A stretch of DNA of 64,000 nucleotides from a virus. Lineage: Duplodnaviria > Caudoviricetes. The stretch is from positions 2,976-66,975 of IMG/VR virus record IMGVR_UViG_2868227546_000002. One strand, written 5' to 3'. Under the pieces are notes generated by a model that was not told the origin of the DNA, ran no database searches, and saw only the letters and a list, made by a program, of their open reading frames with translations. Positions 8,673 to 17,970 of this stretch are shown here, piece after piece. Position numbers and translations under genes: made by a program. The stretch's first letter is position 1, and each line of letters starts with the position of its first letter.

Positions 8673-9314
8673 ATGATACTCATAGGTAAAATGGGTAGCG
8701 GTAAATCTACGGTTGCTAACATTATGGATGTTCAGCAATTTGCATTCGCAGATTTACTCAAAGAGGTTATCACAGAAACAGAAAATACCACTGCTAGCCA
8801 CGGCTTGCATATAATCTGTAGTCAATTTGAAGAAGAACGATTCACTGACCAAAGCCGTGTATATAACCTATTGAAAGAAATTCATCGAGTAAAACCTACT
8901 AAGCAAGGCAAGCAGTATGCACGGTGGTATTATCAACAGCTGGGACAGTTAATGCGTGAGGTTGACCCTTTGTTTTGGGTAAAAGCTGTTAGAAACAAGA
9001 TGAAACAGCAAAAATACAGGTGGAATAAATTAGACTATGTAATTACAGACTGTAGGTTTAAAAACGAGTTTAAAGCATTCAAGGAAGATTATTCAATCTA
9101 CATCGAATGTGATGATACAGAGCGCATTAAACGGTTGAAAGAACGTGACGGGGATGTAACGCTTGAATACATGAAAGACATCTCAGAGATTGAATTGGAA
9201 AGTCTAAAAGATAAATGCGACTACATTATTGATACAACAGGATTAACGATTGAAGAATTACAGCAAGAAGTGTGGGAGGTAATGGTTGACATTGAGCAAA
9301 ATCAAGAAGAATGA
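8673..9314 (+). CDS. deoxynucleoside monophosphate kinase
   Basis: GKMGSGKST P-loop, FADLLKE, LGQLMRE.DPLFWVK, ITDCRFKNE. Confidence 0.85.
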   Translation: MILIGKMGSGKSTVANIMDVQQFAFADLLKEVITETENTTASHGLHIICSQFEEERFTDQSRVYNLLKEIHRVKPTKQGKQYARWYYQQLGQLMREVDPLFWVKAVRNKMKQQKYRWNKLDYVITDCRFKNEFKAFKEDYSIYIECDDTERIKRLKERDGDVTLEYMKDISEIELESLKDKCDYIIDTTGLTIEELQQEVWEVMVDIEQNQEE

Positions 9315-9498
9315 CGCATACTTGCTAAAGTCAATAGCAGATATGCTAGAGCATGATAAACAGCTGTGTTATAAGGCTTGCGAATTAGAAACTAAAGAAG
9401 AACAGTTAGACATACTACAGAAACTAATCAAACGATTAGACGGTGAGAAAAGTCTACTATTAGAGTATATGGAGACTATACAGCATGATTCTATTTAG
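9286..9498 (+). CDS. hypothetical protein
   Basis: Overlapping co-oriented ORF with SD GGGAGG. Confidence 0.6.
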   Translation: MTLSKIKKNDAYLLKSIADMLEHDKQLCYKACELETKEEQLDILQKLIKRLDGEKSLLLEYMETIQHDSI

Positions 9499-9901
9499 TG
9501 GCATAGTTGAGGGAATACCAGTAGCACAGGGTAGACCACGGTTTAGTACGTTTGGTGGATATACAAGGGTATATGACCCGCCAAAGTCTAAAGCATACAA
9601 GAAACTCATTCAAGATACTGTACCAAAGAAAGAACATCTCATTGATGTACCTTTTAAATTTAATCTTGATGTGTATCTGCCTATTCCTAAATCAACATCG
9701 AAAAAGAACAAGCAGTTAATGCTAGAGGGGGCAATCGTACCGACTAAAAAGCCTGATGTTGATAACTATGTGAAAGGTGTACTGGACGCATTAAATCAAC
9801 ACATATGGACTGATGATTCACTCATAGTAAATCTATCGGTGAAAAAACGGTACAGTGACAATCCTAGGATTGAGTTCGCTTGTTATGATATATCACTATA
9901 G
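9485..9901 (+). CDS. rusA: RusA family Holliday junction resolvase
   Basis: P.AQGRPRF, KKPDVDNYVKGVLDALN, WTDDSLIV. Confidence 0.92.
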   Translation: MILFSGIVEGIPVAQGRPRFSTFGGYTRVYDPPKSKAYKKLIQDTVPKKEHLIDVPFKFNLDVYLPIPKSTSKKNKQLMLEGAIVPTKKPDVDNYVKGVLDALNQHIWTDDSLIVNLSVKKRYSDNPRIEFACYDISL

Positions 9902-9918
9902 AAAACGAGGAGGTAATT

Positions 9919-10116
9919 ATGCATAGATACAATTTTGAAAATGGATTTTTTAAAGATGTAGAAGTGAAAATCAATATGGAAATTTTCATGAGTGGCGAAG
10001 ATTACGAAACAACATACGAGGAAAAAGAAGAGCATATCAAAAATCTTGTAAAGTATATCACAAGAGATAAGGATATTACTAAAGTATATGATATTGAAGT
10101 GTTGGATATTTTTTAA
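9919..10116 (+). CDS. small acidic hypothetical protein (family with 10129 and 10331)
   Basis: SD GAGGAGG; ends YDIEVLD. Confidence 0.7.
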   Translation: MHRYNFENGFFKDVEVKINMEIFMSGEDYETTYEEKEEHIKNLVKYITRDKDITKVYDIEVLDIF

Positions 10117-10128
10117 TGGGGAACATTT

Positions 10129-10320
10129 ATGACGGAAAGATATATTGAAGCAAGTGGTAGGTTTAATATCACAATCAAAGTAAAAGACTATGGTCAAGAA
10201 CCATGCGATGAAGAAATGCTTAGAGAAATACTGCACGCATTTCTAGGCAAGAGTTCATCTAAAAATGATTCTATCGACATTTTGTATGACTATGAAATAG
10301 TAGACGAAAATATCTATTAA
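10129..10320 (+). CDS. small acidic hypothetical protein
   Basis: SD GGGGA; ends YDYEIVDE. Confidence 0.65.
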   Translation: MTERYIEASGRFNITIKVKDYGQEPCDEEMLREILHAFLGKSSSKNDSIDILYDYEIVDENIY

Positions 10321-10330
10321 GGAGAAAGCT

Positions 10331-10552
10331 ATGGATAAAGAACAAATGCATATACAGGCTACGGTTACACTTAACCTAGATACATACTTTGACGCAAATA
10401 ACTTTAGAATCTTACCAGACCAGCTTGGATTTGTGAAAGATAGCATTACTAATGAAATTGAAGAGAATATGCGCCGTGCTGTAATGGCAATAGATACGTT
10501 TGATACAGATTATGTAATCGAGGAGATATTAATCAATGGCGAATACGTATGA
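10331..10552 (+). CDS. small acidic hypothetical protein
   Basis: SD AAGGAG. Confidence 0.7.
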   Translation: MDKEQMHIQATVTLNLDTYFDANNFRILPDQLGFVKDSITNEIEENMRRAVMAIDTFDTDYVIEEILINGEYV

Positions 10553-10748
10553 TTTATACTACGGCGACAGTATCAATAAGGAATATATCAATACATTTAA
10601 TACAGAGGATGAAGCCTTTGATTGTATCGTTGAGTTTTTAAAGTCAAAAGGATGTGAGCCGTATTATTACCGTGGAATTTATCACGATGAATACACGATG
10701 ATAGACTACGGCAGTCACTATACTTTTTATTATATTTACAAGAGGTAA
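10536..10748 (+). CDS. small Tyr-rich hypothetical protein (paralogue of 10753)
   Basis: Shares the AFDC.xE motif with the next ORF. Confidence 0.7.
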   Translation: MANTYDLYYGDSINKEYINTFNTEDEAFDCIVEFLKSKGCEPYYYRGIYHDEYTMIDYGSHYTFYYIYKR

Positions 10749-10752
10749 TACT

Positions 10753-10968
10753 ATGGAATTATATTGGTTTGTTTATTTTACAAAAGATGGTGAACATAAA
10801 TTAATTGGTAAGTATAAAAAAGAGTGTAAGGCATTCGATTGTGTAGCAGAATATTGCAAAGACCCTATAAAGTTTAAAGACTTGGTATTTCACAGAGATA
10901 TCAATGGGTTTACAGTTGGATATGGCGTAACAGGTGAATATTATTCAGTAATTAAAGAGTTTGTTTAA
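10753..10968 (+). CDS. small hypothetical protein
   Basis: SD GAGG, AFDCVAE motif. Confidence 0.7.
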   Translation: MELYWFVYFTKDGEHKLIGKYKKECKAFDCVAEYCKDPIKFKDLVFHRDINGFTVGYGVTGEYYSVIKEFV

Positions 10969-10987
10969 TTTGAAAGGAGTAACGATA

Positions 10988-12185
10988 GTGGAAAAGCTAA
11001 AGTTTATTGACATGTTCGCTGGAATCGGTGGATTTCACAGTGGACTGGAACAAGCTGGTATGCAGTGCGTTGGATGGATTGAGATTGATAAGTACGCAAG
11101 GAAGTCTTATCTTGCGATTCACAATGCACACGATTTATGGACAGCAGAAGATATCACAAAAGTTAAAGGCGATGAGTTGCCACATGCAGATTTATGGTCA
11201 TTCGGTTCGCCGTGTCAAGATTTATCAGTTGCAGGTAAAATCAAAGGTTTAGATGGCGAAAGGAGTGGTCTGTTTTATGAAGTCATGCGACTTATTGACG
11301 AACGAGAAGAAAGTGGAAAAGGTAAACCCGAATGGTTACTCTTTGAAAATGTTAAAGGAGCTTTATCCAGTAGGGGGGCAAGACTTCCTTGAAATCCTCT
11401 ATCAAGTGGCAGAAAGAGGGTACTATCTTGAATGGAGAGTGTATAATTCAAAAAACTACGGAGTACCACAAAACCGTGAGCGAGTGTACCTTATTGGACA
11501 TCATGGAGGAAAACCCCGGAATGAAATACTACCTAAAGCAAGAGACGGCGGAAAAGGTATTAAAAAGCTTGATGGCTTAGATAATAACGATTGTTTTCAA
11601 GGTTATCGTGTGTTTGAAACTGATGGTGTAAGTTGCACGTTAAGCTCAGCGCATGGTGGACTTGGAGTAAACACTGGATTATACGGTCAAGATATTCCAA
11701 AGAACAAGCACCGCGAGAAAATACCACAGGGGTATCGTGTGTATGAAGTAGACGGCATAACCCCTACAGTTAATTGTGCTGGTGGTGGCGTTGGCGGTAA
11801 AACTGGACTATATGGTATTGACGTTATTAATCGAGGGGATATAACTCACCAAAGAAGTAGAGTATATAATCCTATTGGACATATCGGAGCACTCACGGCG
11901 ACAGACTATAAAGAACCGCCTAAAGTTTTTCAGCCTATCGAAATAGACGAAACTATGTATCCGAACGTATGTAAGCTAAAGAATAACCGTGTAATAACAG
12001 TTAGAAAGCTAACACCACGTGAATGCTTTAGATTGCAAGGCTTCACAGATGAACAGTTCGATAGAATACCAGCCGAGATTAGTGATACTCAAAGATACAG
12101 ACAGGCGGGAAACAGTGTGACTGTACCTTTAGTTAAAGAAATCGGAGAATCTATCGTTAAGTATTGGGAAGGAATGGATAAATGA
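10988..12185 (+). pseudogene. dcm: C5-cytosine DNA methyltransferase split by a frameshift in a G6 tract (11373-11378)
   Basis: First frame: FAGIGG, GSPCQDLS, ENVKG. Second frame: QDFLEIL, PQNRERVY, RKLTPREC.RLQGF, QAGNSV. GTG start at 10988 with SD AAAGGAG. Confidence 0.9.
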
Positions 12186-12568
12186 GCGAGTTATTAAAAC
12201 TAAAGTTTGAACCGTATTATATTAGAGAAGAAAGCGAAGAAGGGTGGAAGGTTGATGTTGTTTACGTGGATAAGAATCTAGCAGGTGAAAGAATTGAAGT
12301 TTTTAAAGAAAGTGATGGGTATAGGTTGTATTCGATAGATTTGGGCAATAGTTTTATAAAATTAAAAATCTGTAATCCACAAGTGGACGAAATCGTAATC
12401 TATTCAAATAAAAGCGGTTGTTTTGTGAAAAACAAAAATTTAGAAAAAACGAAAAATGCACTTGAGATTTTAAAGCCAGCTATGAAAAGGCGTTATGATG
12501 AAATTGTTGAAAAGAAACAGGTAGAAAAAGAATGGCAAGAGCAAAAATCTTTTGAATTAACACTATAG
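12182..12568 (+). CDS. paralogue family A protein
   Basis: Starts MSELLKLKF, ends EW..QKSFELTL. Confidence 0.8.
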   Translation: MSELLKLKFEPYYIREESEEGWKVDVVYVDKNLAGERIEVFKESDGYRLYSIDLGNSFIKLKICNPQVDEIVIYSNKSGCFVKNKNLEKTKNALEILKPAMKRRYDEIVEKKQVEKEWQEQKSFELTL

Positions 12569-12577
12569 GAGTTAAGT

Positions 12578-13003
12578 ATGAGTGATTTGTTAAAACTAAA
12601 GTTTATAGCAGACTGGGATTGTTATTGTTCACCTTATGAATGCTATCGGATTCAAGTAGATAAAGTGGATTACTATTTGCTTGGTGCTGTGATTTCCGTT
12701 GTAAATGAAAAAGATAAAAATCAAGAATATACGATTAAAATCGGAAGTTTGGGTATAGAATTAAAGTCATTCTACGATTATCCTTACGATGTGGATATAG
12801 ATGGTGAAACTAGATTAGTTGATATACCATACAACCGTTTCAGTTATCTTGACGCAGATGACTTAGAGGAAGTCCTTAACGCACTCAAAATGTTAAAGCC
12901 AGAGATGGAAAAGTACAGAAACACAATGCGAGACAAAGAACTTGCAAAAGAGAAACGCAAGGCTTTGTGGCTAGAAAAAGAACCTTTTGAGTTTACACTA
13001 TAG
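12578..13003 (+). CDS. paralogue family A protein
   Basis: Starts MSDLLKLKF, ends LWLEKEPFEFTL. Confidence 0.8.
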   Translation: MSDLLKLKFIADWDCYCSPYECYRIQVDKVDYYLLGAVISVVNEKDKNQEYTIKIGSLGIELKSFYDYPYDVDIDGETRLVDIPYNRFSYLDADDLEEVLNALKMLKPEMEKYRNTMRDKELAKEKRKALWLEKEPFEFTL

Positions 13004-13012
13004 GAGTTAAGT

Positions 13013-13258
13013 ATGACGAATGTAGAATTTAGACAATCACTCAGCAAGAAACAAGTAGGATTCTTGCGAGAAAAATATAAAGACTTACTAAATCAAGTGG
13101 AAGAGGAGCTAGACGGATGTAGCTATTTATCCTTTGGGGATAAGGTGGAGAGTGTAGGCAAATTGTTGTTATTAGCAAGTACTTACAAAGAATTACTTCT
13201 AGGGGATAGTTTGGATGGTCTATTTAGCGAATGTTATGAACGTTACGAAAACATATAG
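13013..13258 (+). CDS. hypothetical protein (resembles 15278)
   Basis: F...L...Q..LL..Y helix start. Confidence 0.7.
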   Translation: MTNVEFRQSLSKKQVGFLREKYKDLLNQVEEELDGCSYLSFGDKVESVGKLLLLASTYKELLLGDSLDGLFSECYERYENI

Positions 13259-13266
13259 GAGTTATC

Positions 13267-13671
13267 ATGAACGATTTATTTAAACTCACGTTTACACCTA
13301 TCGTAAACGGCTATAAAAGTATCAACAAGTATAAAGTAAAAGTTGAGTATTTTGACAAGAATGTCGTCGGGACTATGTTCGACATGAGAGGTGACGATAG
13401 ACTAGGATTTGTTATTTTCTTTAATGAAGAATTTATCAATGCATTTAATCACTGTATAGAGGGATACTGCGGAGAAACAATAACATCAAGGTCATTAATA
13501 GGCGATGGCTATACGATAGAAAAACGATATATTGATTTGTATATCGAAGCCATAAATAAAGTTAAACCACAGCTTAAAGAAGTTTGTTTAGAAAAACAAA
13601 GGAAAGAAGATTGCTTGAAAAAGACTTATGAAGAATGGAAACGGGAAAAGCCTATCGAGTATTCATTTTAA
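13267..13671 (+). CDS. paralogue family A protein
   Basis: Starts MNDLFKLTF, ends EEWKREKPIEYSF. Confidence 0.8.
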   Translation: MNDLFKLTFTPIVNGYKSINKYKVKVEYFDKNVVGTMFDMRGDDRLGFVIFFNEEFINAFNHCIEGYCGETITSRSLIGDGYTIEKRYIDLYIEAINKVKPQLKEVCLEKQRKEDCLKKTYEEWKREKPIEYSF

Positions 13672-13683
13672 AGGAGTAAACCA

Positions 13684-14028
13684 ATGGAGGAATTAATCAG
13701 TTTTGACTTAGTGCCAACATTTAAAGAGTGTTATATTGTTGACAATCTACAAATAAACAAGCGCCTTTTTGAGTTTAGGTGCGAAAAGAAAATTGATGGT
13801 GTTACATATGAATTTGTTATTTTTAAAAGGTCGTTCGATATTTATGCGAATAAAAACGGCGGAAACACGTTTTGTACTTTATGCTGCATAAAACAGGATA
13901 ATCCAGTTTGTGAAAACGTCATCGATGATATTCAAAATGTTCTTAAACTGTTTAAATCCGAAATGCAAGAGTATGTAGAGCGAAAAAAGAAATGGGAGCA
14001 AAAGAACAAGATTAACATTTCAGTTTAA
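13684..14028 (+). CDS. paralogue family A protein
   Basis: Starts MEELISFDL, ends KWEQKNKINISV. Confidence 0.8.
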   Translation: MEELISFDLVPTFKECYIVDNLQINKRLFEFRCEKKIDGVTYEFVIFKRSFDIYANKNGGNTFCTLCCIKQDNPVCENVIDDIQNVLKLFKSEMQEYVERKKKWEQKNKINISV

Positions 14029-14048
14029 TATAAATGGGAGTGAAACCA

Positions 14049-14414
14049 ATGGATGAACTGATTAGTTTTGATTTAGAAGAAGAAGGCGTTGTAACATATA
14101 GGGTTAAAAATCTAAGAATTAATCCAAATCTTGAATATTTCAACAATACTGTAAAATTCAGTGGTCAAAAATATCGTATTAATATTAGTCTTGGATATAT
14201 CTCTGTATTTCGAGTTGGATTATTTGAGAATGAAACACGTTTATTTTTCTTTAAACACATGTCAAGTTATAACAAAAGAAGATGTGAACTTGTAAAAGAA
14301 TTGTTAAGTCTATCCAAAGATAAAATGCAACAATATGCTGACAAAGTAAAAGAGCGTATGAATAAAGTTGAAGATTGGAAAACACAAAGAAAAGTCGATA
14401 GTTTTAAAATCTAA
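14049..14414 (+). CDS. paralogue family A protein
   Basis: Starts MDELISFDL, ends DWKTQRKVDSFKI. Confidence 0.8.
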   Translation: MDELISFDLEEEGVVTYRVKNLRINPNLEYFNNTVKFSGQKYRINISLGYISVFRVGLFENETRLFFFKHMSSYNKRRCELVKELLSLSKDKMQQYADKVKERMNKVEDWKTQRKVDSFKI

Positions 14415-14432
14415 AGAATAACAGGAGGAATT

Positions 14433-14900
14433 ATGCAAAGGAAATGTCATGCATGCGGTGCAACGTTCACAGTGCAAGGCGATTGTCAAACAAAATGTGA
14501 ATTATGTACAGCTGGAGTATCAAGAGAGGGTCGCATGGTGTACGGCTATGTACCACCAAAAGAAGAAAAACCTAAAGAAAAATCAGAAAAAAAGTGTAGA
14601 AAAACAGCGGAAGTGCTAAAAACATGTGAAATATGCGGTCTTGTTTTTAAGCCAAGCAGTCCAGCTCAAAAAACTTGTTCTTATCCATGTAGATTAGAGC
14701 GTGTAAAGAGAATGCGAGATAAAGGCGTTGAAAGACAGTCAAACGTACATGAAGAGACGTGCGTTATATGTGGTAAGCAGTTTATGACAAAACGATACAA
14801 TCAAATTGTTTGTTCGGAAGAATGTTTAAAAGAAAAAACAAGAAGGCAAAGACGTGAGTATAAAAAGCGTTGTAGAGAACGAGCAAAGGCGGTGAGCTAA
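14433..14900 (+). CDS. multi zinc-finger basic protein
   Basis: Repeated CxxCG..F modules (CHACG, CEICG...CSYPC, CVICG...CSEEC). Confidence 0.75.
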   Translation: MQRKCHACGATFTVQGDCQTKCELCTAGVSREGRMVYGYVPPKEEKPKEKSEKKCRKTAEVLKTCEICGLVFKPSSPAQKTCSYPCRLERVKRMRDKGVERQSNVHEETCVICGKQFMTKRYNQIVCSEECLKEKTRRQRREYKKRCRERAKAVS

Positions 14901-15268
14901 TGGCAAGAAACATTGAAATACGAATGCTCCCTATATGGTTAGACCACGGCGACAATAGGGCATGTTATCTTATCGAACAAGTAAATGTAGATAAATATCT
15001 AAATGGTAAAACGTTTAGAAAAACAGTAGATAACGTGCCTTATGAAATTAGATTTGAAAAGGAGCATATCATAATTCGTGAGGATAAACCAGTATTTTGT
15101 GAGTTCTCACTAAAAATATCCAAAGGAAAGAAACATCAAAAAGGCATGATGCATAAAGGGGTAAAAGTCTTACGTGAGATTTCCGAAGAGATTCGTAAGA
15201 CAGTTATCGAACAGCAGAAAGAGCGAACCGAATGGTTATCTCAAGATAGCTTATTATTTAGTCTATAG
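14900..15268 (+). CDS. paralogue family A-like protein
   Basis: Ends EWLSQDSLLFSL; middle part resembles 13684. Confidence 0.7.
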   Translation: MARNIEIRMLPIWLDHGDNRACYLIEQVNVDKYLNGKTFRKTVDNVPYEIRFEKEHIIIREDKPVFCEFSLKISKGKKHQKGMMHKGVKVLREISEEIRKTVIEQQKERTEWLSQDSLLFSL

Positions 15269-15277
15269 GAGATTATT

Positions 15278-15547
15278 ATGTATGACTACAAAGATTTTGC
15301 AAACGATTTGAATGACAATCAAAGAGAACTACTGACTAGATACTATGAACAGGCAGTGCAGTGTGCAGAATACAATCTATCTACTTTCATGGATGAACGA
15401 ATTGATAGAAGAACAACAGCTAATCAAGTAAGATATGCGTTGAATCAAGTAAACTTTCTTTCTAAATTGACAGGAATTGAACTTGAAAGAGATTATATTC
15501 GTATTTTACATGAGTTTAAAATCAATGGCGGTATGAATTACTATTGA
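15278..15547 (+). CDS. hypothetical protein
   Basis: SD TAGGAG. Confidence 0.7.
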   Translation: MYDYKDFANDLNDNQRELLTRYYEQAVQCAEYNLSTFMDERIDRRTTANQVRYALNQVNFLSKLTGIELERDYIRILHEFKINGGMNYY

Positions 15548-15574
15548 TTGATATTTTGTTTGTAGGAGGTCTTT

Positions 15575-15892
15575 ATGAAGTATATCTTAGCAATTATGCT
15601 TGCGATAGTACCTATTATTTTAGGAAACAATGTGCAAGCAGAACGATTGATGAACGTGAGTGCATACACTCACACTGGTAACGTAATGGCAAATGGTGAG
15701 TATCCACATGTAGGGGCAGTGGCTAGTGACGATTTACCATTGGGTACAAAAGTATTAGTAAACGGGCAAGAGTATATCGTAAAAGATAGATTTGGCGGTG
15801 GATACACTGACAGATTAGACATCTTTATGGATACATACGATGAAGCTATTGAGTTCGGTAGACAGTGGCTTAACGTTAAAGTCTTGGGATAA
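15575..15892 (+). CDS. secreted 3D-domain protein (peptidoglycan-binding/lytic transglycosylase-like)
   Basis: Signal peptide, VSAYT, VASDDLPLGT, VKDRFG, RLDIFM...EAIEFGRQ. Confidence 0.9.
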   Translation: MKYILAIMLAIVPIILGNNVQAERLMNVSAYTHTGNVMANGEYPHVGAVASDDLPLGTKVLVNGQEYIVKDRFGGGYTDRLDIFMDTYDEAIEFGRQWLNVKVLG

Positions 15893-15903
15893 CAAGTATA
15901 GTA

Positions 15904-15933
15904 GAAACAAAGGGGAATCTTCCCTTTTGTTTC
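15904..15933 (+). terminator. intrinsic terminator
   Basis: GAAACAAAGGGGA/TTCCCTTTTGTTTC inverted repeat. Confidence 0.55.
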
Positions 15934-15952
15934 CAGTACAGTCGAAATCATT

Positions 15953-16168
15953 ATGAACACAAAAGAAATCAGCAAAATAAGTCCTAGAAGAGAGTATTGT
16001 CTAAGAAATTATAAGCAATACTGGTGGACATATGAATGGTATATGTGTGACTTATACAGGATTACTAAGAAAGATAAAAGATGTCCTCTATGTCGTTGCA
16101 GGGCTAACTACTCAAGGATTCGTAAGATTGGAAAACGCAATAAAAAGACGGGAGTTATATACAAATGA
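15953..16168 (+). CDS. small basic Cys-containing protein
   Basis: CPLCRC; overlaps the thyX start. Confidence 0.55.
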   Translation: MNTKEISKISPRREYCLRNYKQYWWTYEWYMCDLYRITKKDKRCPLCRCRANYSRIRKIGKRNKKTGVIYK

Positions 16169-16824
16169 GGGTAGAAATAAAATATATAGAGTCTTTAAAT
16201 AAATGTATCAACGGCATGAGTATGTGCTATGGTGCAAAATGTAGTATCAACTCACTAGTAAAAGCAGTTGGTGCTGGTCATCTATCCTTGCTAGAACATG
16301 CGAATGCAACGTTTGAAGTAGAGTGCAGTCAAAAGTGTTTAGCACAGATTACAAGGCACAGACATTTCAGCTTTACGGTTGAATCCACACGTGGGAAGGA
16401 TATCACGGAGAATGGGTACTATGAGTTACCACTGAAAGACAAAGAACTCAACGATACTATCAATCAGTTGTGGAAACTAAGTGTTGAAGCCTATGGACTA
16501 CTAGTCGATAGTGGTGAGTCTAAAGAACATGCAGCCTATGTATTGCCACTCATGACAAACGTAAAGTTTTATATCACTGGAAATTTACGAGTGTGGTTTG
16601 AATATCTACAGAAAAGACTATGCAATAGAGCCAGCGATGAACATAAAGAACTAGCACTAGAGATTTACAAGCGATTACACGTACAGTATCCACCTATTTT
16701 TAATTCTACGGTCATGGGTCTGTGTGAGGGATGTAAAGAGAGTTCTTGTGACTTCACCGTACATAAAACGCAAGCCAAAAATCCACTAGTAAAAGTCATT
16801 AAAGAAATGGAGCAAGAATTATGA
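16165..16824 (+). CDS. thyX: FAD-dependent thymidylate synthase
   Basis: GHLSLLEH, ThyX motif RHRHFSFTVESTR, YVLP, GNLRVW. Confidence 0.92.
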   Translation: MRVEIKYIESLNKCINGMSMCYGAKCSINSLVKAVGAGHLSLLEHANATFEVECSQKCLAQITRHRHFSFTVESTRGKDITENGYYELPLKDKELNDTINQLWKLSVEAYGLLVDSGESKEHAAYVLPLMTNVKFYITGNLRVWFEYLQKRLCNRASDEHKELALEIYKRLHVQYPPIFNSTVMGLCEGCKESSCDFTVHKTQAKNPLVKVIKEMEQEL

Positions 16825-16970
16825 ACACGTTGACATTATGGACTGCATTTATCTTTATTTTGGTAGAGACATTTTTATTCATTTACTTAACGTATTTAAT
16901 TCAACAAAACAATCTATTAACTCAATTCTTATCAAAAAAGAATTGGTCTAATGGATATATAGATTTATAA
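16821..16970 (+). CDS. small membrane protein (49 aa, not in ORF track)
   Basis: MNTLTLWTAFIFILVETFLFIYLTYLIQQ..., ATGA overlap with the thyX stop. Confidence 0.6.
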   Translation: MNTLTLWTAFIFILVETFLFIYLTYLIQQNNLLTQFLSKKNWSNGYIDL

Positions 16971-16985
16971 AAAGGAAAGCAAAAT

Positions 16986-17273
16986 TTGATTATACACTAC
17001 TATTTAGCAGATATTGCCAATGACGGCAACATGTATTTGTTAGGAGTTAGTGGAGACGATAGTAACGAAATATTAGATTATCTTGAGAGCCAATATAAAG
17101 AGGTAATCTATTTAGAAACAAAAGAAAAGAACAAGCGAAATCGTAAGCATGGGTCAAAAGAAATACCATGCGGAATGATTGTAACATGTAAGTATTATTG
17201 CGATAGGTGTCAATCACTTGTTAGGTCAAAGAGGATTGTTAAACACGACAGGAGATTTACAGTATGGCAATAA
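16986..17273 (+). CDS. hypothetical zinc-binding protein
   Basis: CKYYCDRCQ. Confidence 0.65.
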   Translation: MIIHYYLADIANDGNMYLLGVSGDDSNEILDYLESQYKEVIYLETKEKNKRNRKHGSKEIPCGMIVTCKYYCDRCQSLVRSKRIVKHDRRFTVWQ

Positions 17274-17935
17274 CATTGATTTCTTTTCTTGCAGAAAATT
17301 ACAACGAGATAATCGAACTAGAGAGACTATATCGTATGGACTCATTTCAAGCGTTTACAGACGATAGAAAACAGGCGAGGATATACAAGAAGCTGTTATC
17401 GTATGGTGAAACGTTTGTAGAATCTCCCGAAGAGTTAATCATTCGTGAAGAGGATAACAAGGCGATGTTAAAAGCATGTCTTGCGGTCAAACGTAAAATC
17501 GGGGAGAAAAAATTTCATATGATGTGGCTTCGATATGGCTATCAAATGAAAATATCAAAGATTGCAGACCAAATGGGATACAGTAAACAATACGTATCTA
17601 AAGCAGTAAGACAGGCGATGAGAGACAGCATGCGTACAATCATTAGAATGATACGTCAAGGCGTGTTAGACAAAGATATGCTATCTAATAAACGTGGGTA
17701 CTATGTGGCAACAACACCACAAAATAAACTACGGTATCCATGCGACAGTGCCAAGGAAACGTGGGTAGAAACAACAGTTAGAAATAATCAGCTACGATAC
17801 AAAACTAAATGCATGATTCCCGAATATCTACATGATTCGTTTAAAGATAAAGAAACAATGTGTATTCTTTGTCAGAATCACTTAGGAGAAAGCACATGTA
17901 CTAGAAAGTCAGCAAATAAAGGTAAAGGAGAATAA
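17264..17935 (+). CDS. sigma-factor region 4-like HTH transcription regulator with Cys-containing C-terminus
   Basis: MMWLRYGYQMKISKIADQMGYSKQYVSK. Confidence 0.7.
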   Translation: MAITLISFLAENYNEIIELERLYRMDSFQAFTDDRKQARIYKKLLSYGETFVESPEELIIREEDNKAMLKACLAVKRKIGEKKFHMMWLRYGYQMKISKIADQMGYSKQYVSKAVRQAMRDSMRTIIRMIRQGVLDKDMLSNKRGYYVATTPQNKLRYPCDSAKETWVETTVRNNQLRYKTKCMIPEYLHDSFKDKETMCILCQNHLGESTCTRKSANKGKGE

Positions 17936-17970
17936 CCATTAATATTACAGCACAATCACTAAATGACAAT

